Shown here piece after piece: positions 59,455 through 64,000 of a stretch of DNA of 64,000 bases. Under the pieces are notes generated by a model. The model saw nothing but the letters and a program-made list of their open reading frames with translations, was not told the origin of the DNA and made no database searches. The DNA comes from an uncultured archaeon (GTDB lineage: Archaea; Aenigmatarchaeota; Aenigmatarchaeia; QMZP01; JACQNV01), in assembly GCA_964410585.1 (NCBI GenBank), contig CAYPFW010000001.1:352001-416000 (forward strand), read 5' to 3'. How positions within the stretch are numbered: position 1 is the first letter of the stretch; the number at the start of each line of letters is the position of its first letter. Made by a program: the position numbers and the translations under genes.

Positions 59455-60066
59455 ATGGCAAAAATAGCAGAGCATGTTTGGAAGTTGGTTCAGGAAGATC
59501 TTTCTATACAGAAGGACATTAATAGGGGCCTGATAAATGTAAGGGCACTTGCTAGGTATTTGATTGAAAAACACGAATTAGAAGCGTCCTTGGAATCTGT
59601 GATTTCTGCAATCAGGAGATTTGAATTTAAAAAATCCCAGGAAAGTGAGAAGAGGTTTTTGAGGCTTTTCAAAGACGCAAAAATTTCAACAAGAAACAGT
59701 ATTATTTGTTTTACCCTAGGAAAAGATGCTACAAAATTGCTTGGAAAGGTTTCTTCTAAAAACATAAGGTTGATTGTTTCAACAGAACAAATAAAAGTAA
59801 TTTGCACAAAGCAAGATGCAGAATCGCTTTCTGACATATTTTCAGGACATATTGAAAGAGTTGAAAAAGATTTGGGTGAACTCAGCCTAGTTGTCAGTGA
59901 AGAAGTGATAAAATCAAAGGGTGTGATGGCGAGGATAGCAAATGAAATCGCATTACATGACATCAATATTCAAGAAACAATAATTTGTCCACCGGAATTT
60001 TTGATCTATGTAAAACAAGAAGATGTCATTACAACACATGAAGCTGTTTTGAAATTGTCCAGTTAA
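59455..60066 (+). CDS. ACT-domain regulator with N-terminal HTH-like domain
   Basis: GLINVRALARYL..SVISAIRRF; KGVMARIANEIALHDINI. Confidence 0.8.
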   Translation: MAKIAEHVWKLVQEDLSIQKDINRGLINVRALARYLIEKHELEASLESVISAIRRFEFKKSQESEKRFLRLFKDAKISTRNSIICFTLGKDATKLLGKVSSKNIRLIVSTEQIKVICTKQDAESLSDIFSGHIERVEKDLGELSLVVSEEVIKSKGVMARIANEIALHDINIQETIICPPEFLIYVKQEDVITTHEAVLKLSS

Positions 60067-60116
60067 TAAAGCTTTGCAGTGCACGCCTTTTTAAAATTTA
60101 TTTCTAATTTAGCCTA

Positions 60117-61052
60117 ATGACAATTGAACTTCATGTTGAGCCTAGGAAAGTTTATACTTGGAAGGACTTTAGAAGGAACAAGCCTGCCTATTCTATAGGT
60201 CTAGATGGGATAGTTGATTCTCCAACACGCAGAGATCCTAAAGGACCATATGCTAATTTTGATCACCATTCAAAATCGGGTTTTGCAACACGATCAACTT
60301 CTGGACAAGTTCACATGGAAATAAGAATGGGGCTATTCCAGACATTTAAACAGGATGAGAAACCACATGCACATGTTTATGTCAATGATCCAGATGAGGA
60401 TGTTTGTTTGGCTTGGTGGCTTCTAAATAACAGTGAATTGGTTAATGGAAACGTATATCCACAAATCACAGGACTTGTTGATTGCGAAGATAGAATGGAT
60501 TGTACGGCCGGTGCATATCCACTCGATGATCCACAAATGAGAAGGCAAATGGCTTGGATTTTTGACCCATACAATTTAGCCAGGTTCGAGGGCAAAATTG
60601 CAACTGCAACAGAATCCGAAATGAGAGATATTATAAATACAGTCGAAGGCAGGATAACTGATCATGTTTTTGGACGAGGCAAGGAAATACAACTTGAAGG
60701 TCATTTTGAAAGAATTGGCGGTGATGAGAGGTGGGCTTTAACCAGGGAGACAGGACCAGCATCAAGGATGGCTATGTACAATAATGGAATACGTGCTTTC
60801 ATAGCTGTTGTTGCTCAAAAGGCAGATGGGTCTTTTGTATATGCAATTGGAAAAAGAGACCCATGGAATCCAATATTTCAGCTTCCACTAATCTATAGAA
60901 GATTAAACAGAGAGGAAAATGGAATAATAACAAAAACAAATAGATGGGGAGGAAGCGATTTCCGTGGAGGGTCTCCAAAAGAAACAGGAAGTGGATTACC
61001 TCCTAAAAGAGTTGAAGAAATTGTCATATCTGAACTAAATAAAGTGGCCTAG
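60117..61052 (+). CDS. Hypothetical protein with a DHH-like motif
   Basis: IGLDG, NFDHH, VNDPDED, WGG..GGSP. Confidence 0.6.
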   Translation: MTIELHVEPRKVYTWKDFRRNKPAYSIGLDGIVDSPTRRDPKGPYANFDHHSKSGFATRSTSGQVHMEIRMGLFQTFKQDEKPHAHVYVNDPDEDVCLAWWLLNNSELVNGNVYPQITGLVDCEDRMDCTAGAYPLDDPQMRRQMAWIFDPYNLARFEGKIATATESEMRDIINTVEGRITDHVFGRGKEIQLEGHFERIGGDERWALTRETGPASRMAMYNNGIRAFIAVVAQKADGSFVYAIGKRDPWNPIFQLPLIYRRLNREENGIITKTNRWGGSDFRGGSPKETGSGLPPKRVEEIVISELNKVA

Positions 61053-61054
61053 AT

Positions 61055-61606
61055 TTACATCTTCACCAACTCTTCCAAAACGATTGGAAGCTCTTTTACA
61101 CCATCAGATCCCATGAAGTGGCCTTTGTTTTTTTCTACAATAATTTTTCCACCAAGTTTTTCCTGAAACAGCTTTCCATTATTTAATGGTATATATGGGT
61201 CATTGTCTGAGAAAATTCCGACAAAATGTTTCATCTTAATTTTTTTAAAATCAATCGGAGTTTCCAGCCACGGACTAACTATTAATTTTTCCTCCTCTGT
61301 GTCCAGTGGTTTTGGTTTTAAAAATCCTCCAACAAAAATTGCTCCACCAACTTTCTTTCCTGATTTTTCCAAAAACCTCAAAATAGTTTGACATCCAATC
61401 GAATGACCAACAAAAAATGTTTGTTCATCTGGATCTTTGACAATTTTAGAAAGATGGCCTACCCATTTATCGATTTTGGGATGAGAAGTATCAGGCATTT
61501 CTGGAACAAAAACTTCAAATCCTTTTTTGCGAAGTTCTTTTTCCAGCCAAGGATACCAATCTGCTTTTGGCGAGCCATCCCATCTATGGATTATGTAGAC
61601 TTTCAT
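61055..61606 (-). CDS. RBBP9/YdeN alpha/beta hydrolase
   Basis: WYPWL, GHSIG, SDNDPY, GHF. Confidence 0.93.
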   Translation of the reverse strand: MKVYIIHRWDGSPKADWYPWLEKELRKKGFEVFVPEMPDTSHPKIDKWVGHLSKIVKDPDEQTFFVGHSIGCQTILRFLEKSGKKVGGAIFVGGFLKPKPLDTEEEKLIVSPWLETPIDFKKIKMKHFVGIFSDNDPYIPLNNGKLFQEKLGGKIIVEKNKGHFMGSDGVKELPIVLEELVKM

Positions 61607-61664
61607 ATTTGTATATTAGTTTTTTCTGGACAATGCTCTTTTTTTCTAACTGTATATTTTTCAT

Positions 61665-61830
61665 TTTTGGGTACGGTATCTGCATCTCTCGGAGAGATGA
61701 TGCAGAGATGTCTCGTGAACTATTAACAGTTCACTCTGTTAGTTGGAGACACGAGCCTTTTGAGGAAGCGTCGGATACCGAAGCTGACTTCGTCAGCTTC
61801 CAATTGAGAACTCCCGGAAAAGGCTAGCTA
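61665..61830 (+). repeat. Family C mini-element (copy C6) carrying B6 (61679-61754) and D3 (about 61773-61801)
   Basis: GGGTACGGTA[B]GCCTTTT..[D]..CCCGGAAAAGGCTAGCTA; its end is the ZIP gene stop. Confidence 0.9.
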
Positions 61831-62574
61831 TACGTGTGGTGTTGAAACAAAAAGTGCGTAAATTGCCAAAATTCCAATCGCCAAAAAAACAAATTGTATG
61901 ATTGCCCTTTTTGTATCTGTTTCCTTATGTATTTCTGGTATCAAATCAGTCAAAGAAAGATATAGGAAGCCTCCACCTGCAACAGATAAAAGTATTGGAG
62001 CAAGTGACTCTATGCTTGTGGATAGGAAAAAAGCAACAACCGCACCTATAACAGCTGTGAGAGCTGAAATGAAATTGTAGAAAAGTGCTTTTTCCGGCTT
62101 CAAGCCACCATTAACCAAAACAGCAAAATCACCTATCTCCTGTGGTATTTCGTGGAGAATTATTGCAATTGTTATCAGAATACCCGTAGGTACATCAATT
62201 AGAAAAGCCCCCGCGATCAAAGTCCCATCAACAAAATTATGGACACCTTCTGCGATCAAGTTGACATATACAGAAGGATGCTTATGTGTTTCTATATCAC
62301 TCTCTCTGTGATGATGGTGCCAACCAACAAACCTCTCAACTGCAAAGAAAACTAAAATTCCAACTATTATGTAGATGGATGAGATTGTGCCGCCCTCAAG
62401 TGCCTCTGGAACAACATCAAGAATAGCTACGCCCAAAAGCGAGCCTGCTGCAAAGGCAACAAGAATGAAAAGTATGCTTTTCAAAATATTTTTGTTTAAG
62501 GAAAGTGCAAAAACGCCCACAAATGAAATAAAGCTTACAAGTACAGAAGCTGCGATGATTAATTCTAGAACCAT
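61828..62574 (-). CDS. ZIP family metal transporter
   Basis: WHHHH, HNFVDG, LHEIPQEIGD, DLIPE. Confidence 0.95.
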   Translation of the reverse strand: MVLELIIAASVLVSFISFVGVFALSLNKNILKSILFILVAFAAGSLLGVAILDVVPEALEGGTISSIYIIVGILVFFAVERFVGWHHHHRESDIETHKHPSVYVNLIAEGVHNFVDGTLIAGAFLIDVPTGILITIAIILHEIPQEIGDFAVLVNGGLKPEKALFYNFISALTAVIGAVVAFFLSTSIESLAPILLSVAGGGFLYLSLTDLIPEIHKETDTKRAIIQFVFLAIGILAIYALFVSTPHV

Positions 62575-62624
62575 GTTTAATATTTGATGCAAAGTATTTA
62601 AGTCTTCTTGATTCTCATTATCAA

Positions 62625-62706
62625 TAAGCCTTTAGTAAAAGGCTTGAGCCAAAATCGGAGGCTAAATTTTTCTTCATTGAGATTCGCAAAAATTTACGCC
62701 TTCCAC
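62625..62706 (-). repeat. Family A mini-element (copy A10)
   Basis: TAAGCCTTT..AAAGGCTTG..GGAGGC..GCCTTCCAC, in the divergent ZIP/Fur intergenic region. Confidence 0.88.
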
Positions 62707-62712
62707 CAATAT

Positions 62713-63075
62713 ATGTCAAAATCTAGAAATACAAAACAAAAAGAGCTGATAAAAAGTGAAGTTGAAAAGTTCAACTCCTTTTTTACAGCAGAAGAACTGT
62801 TCAACAAAGTGAAGGACAAAAAGATTGGGATAGCCACTGTATATCGATTTTTGAGAGACTTCGATGAGAGAGAGTTGTGTTGTTTTGTCTGCAACAGAAA
62901 AACTGTTTATTCTAAAAGGAAAGATAGCCATTGCGAGTTTGTGTGTGAAAAATGCAAGAAGGTCTCACATTTCAATGTTGATAGCCTAGATTTTTTGAAG
63001 AACAAAATACATACTAGGAACATTTGTCATTTCCAGATAACTGTACAAGGAAGATGTGATAATTGTAGCAAATAA
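62713..63075 (+). CDS. Fur/Zur family regulator
   Basis: RNTKQK, TAEEL, IGIATVYRFL, CEKC, CDNC; divergent from ZIP. Confidence 0.9.
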   Translation: MSKSRNTKQKELIKSEVEKFNSFFTAEELFNKVKDKKIGIATVYRFLRDFDERELCCFVCNRKTVYSKRKDSHCEFVCEKCKKVSHFNVDSLDFLKNKIHTRNICHFQITVQGRCDNCSK

Positions 63076-63289
63076 TGCGGACGGTAGGAATCGAACCTAC
63101 GAAGGCACTAAGCCACAGGATTTCTTATTTCACAGTTTTCTGATGAAAACTCATAACTCAAGAAACTTGAGTCCTGCCCCTTTGACCGTTCCCACACCCT
63201 TTGTTTTATCCAATAAATTTGAAGTCCCTTTCTTTTGGGATCTCAACACTTTTCTTTGGAAAGAAAAGGGCTGACTTGGGTACGTCCGC
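63076..63289 (-). tRNA. tRNA-Leu(CAA) with two introns (63189-63274 D-loop 15/16; 63122-63165 canonical 37/38)
   Basis: Spliced 84 nt: GCGGACG TA CCC AAGCGGTCAAA GGG G CAGGA CTCAAGA TCCTG TGGCTTAGTGCCTTC GTAGG TTCGATT CCTAC CGTCCGC A; BHB helix CCCA/TGGG. Confidence 0.92.
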
Positions 63290-63329
63290 TAATCTATAAG
63301 GTATATATTTACGTATATTATATATTACT

Positions 63330-63491
63330 ATGGGCAATCTCTTATTTTGCAACAACTGCAATAAATGGGTAGTCTTCGGTGAGACAGACAGAAGAAAATA
63401 CAATGAACTAGTTTACATTTTTGGCGGTGTCACAGTTAGCAAACTTTGCCCACAGTGCAGGCAGCCTCTAGCAGCTTCAAAGCAAATCTAA
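63330..63491 (+). CDS. Small Zn-ribbon protein (not in ORF track)
   Basis: MGNLLFCNNCNKW...LCPQCRQPL (two CxxC), 53 aa. Confidence 0.7.
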   Translation: MGNLLFCNNCNKWVVFGETDRRKYNELVYIFGGVTVSKLCPQCRQPLAASKQI

Positions 63492-63536
63492 TTCTAAAAC
63501 TAATATAAGTAAGATAACTAATTTCTTTATCCAAAA

Positions 63537-63769
63537 GCGCTGATAGTCTAGTATACCCTCTTTCTTTTCAAAAAAGAAAGAGCCTTATAACCCAGAAAGA
63601 AAACGGTTTACAAATAAGGTTGGAGAAATCCAAGTATGGATACTGGTACCTTTGCACTAAAGGATGCGAGCCTTCCAATAGGGAACCTACGGTTCCTCTA
63701 ACCCTCCCTTATTTTACAAGGGAGTATAGATGAAAGCTTGCGACGCGGGTTCAATCCCCGCTCAGCGCA
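63537..63769 (+). tRNA. tRNA-Gly(TCC) with 2-3 introns (63553-63642 D-loop; about 12 nt near 63649-63661; 63678-63734 at 37/38)
   Basis: Acceptor GCGCTGA/TCAGCGC-A; anticodon arm CGAGC CT TCC AA GCTTG; T arm GCGGG TTCAATC CCCGC; BHB helix TCTA/TGGA. Confidence 0.9.
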
Positions 63770-63828
63770 TCAAATAACTAATTTATAAATACCACCAATC
63801 TATTATTCTGATATACTTGTAGATGACT

Positions 63829-64000
63829 ATGGCAATTAGAAAGAAGACAAACCCATTATTGAATGATTTTTTGGCAGGTGCAGAAGGATCAAAAGCTAAG
63901 TTTTGGCAGGCTGTTGCTAGGAATTTGAAAAGACCTAGAAGGACAGCATATGAAGTTAATTTACACAGATTGGAAAATTCAGCTGATCCCGAATTGACAA
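63829..64000 (+). CDS. rpl18e: 50S ribosomal protein eL18, partial
   Basis: KTNP..FWQAVARNLKRPRR..EVNLHRL. Confidence 0.9.
   Translation, partial: MAIRKKTNPLLNDFLAGAEGSKAKFWQAVARNLKRPRRTAYEVNLHRLENSADPELT

Noticed and set aside
20096-61754. Family B as a CRISPR or TIGR-like guide array (constant-variable-constant-variable-constant)
   Set aside because: Copies are dispersed rather than tandem, the variable parts differ in length and are partly self-complementary or shared, there are no consistent C/D boxes, and no cas or Nop-domain gene is present
63076-63289. The family C head (CTACCGTACCCAA) resembles a fusion of the 3' and 5' parts of tRNA-Leu(CAA)
   Set aside because: Only 13 nt and it needs an ad hoc deletion; probably coincidence
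1-64000. Autonomous transposase, integrase, CRISPR array or rRNA
   Set aside because: None recognisable in the ORF track or the intergenic sequence

Overview
AT-rich archaeal chromosomal window. The gene content and style suggest a DPANN lineage (Aenigmarchaeota-like), but this is inference. It carries mostly core information-processing genes: EF-2 (partial), S7, S12, aTrm56, Taw1, RNase Z, grpE-dnaK-dnaJ, EF-1a, L3, S13-S4-S11, RpoD, S3Ae, a RecJ-like protein, GatD, the RNase P/proteasome/exosome superoperon, aCPSF1, PsmB and L18e. Orphan and secreted-protein genes are interspersed. The most striking content is non-coding. (1) At least five families (called A-E here) of short, covarying palindromic mini-elements, about 26 copies, occupy many intergenic gaps. 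They often end exactly on start or stop codons and nest inside one another without target duplication (B in A, C, E and B; D in A and C). (2) Three tRNA genes, Leu(GAG), Leu(CAA) and Gly(TCC), each carry 2-3 bulge-helix-bulge introns, mostly at non-canonical positions, and some of these introns are related in sequence to the intergenic elements. Also seen: a RelE/antitoxin islet flanked by a duplication of the rps3Ae 3' end, and an S12 with a probable ATT start and altered decoding-loop motifs. No transposase or integrase is visible in the window.
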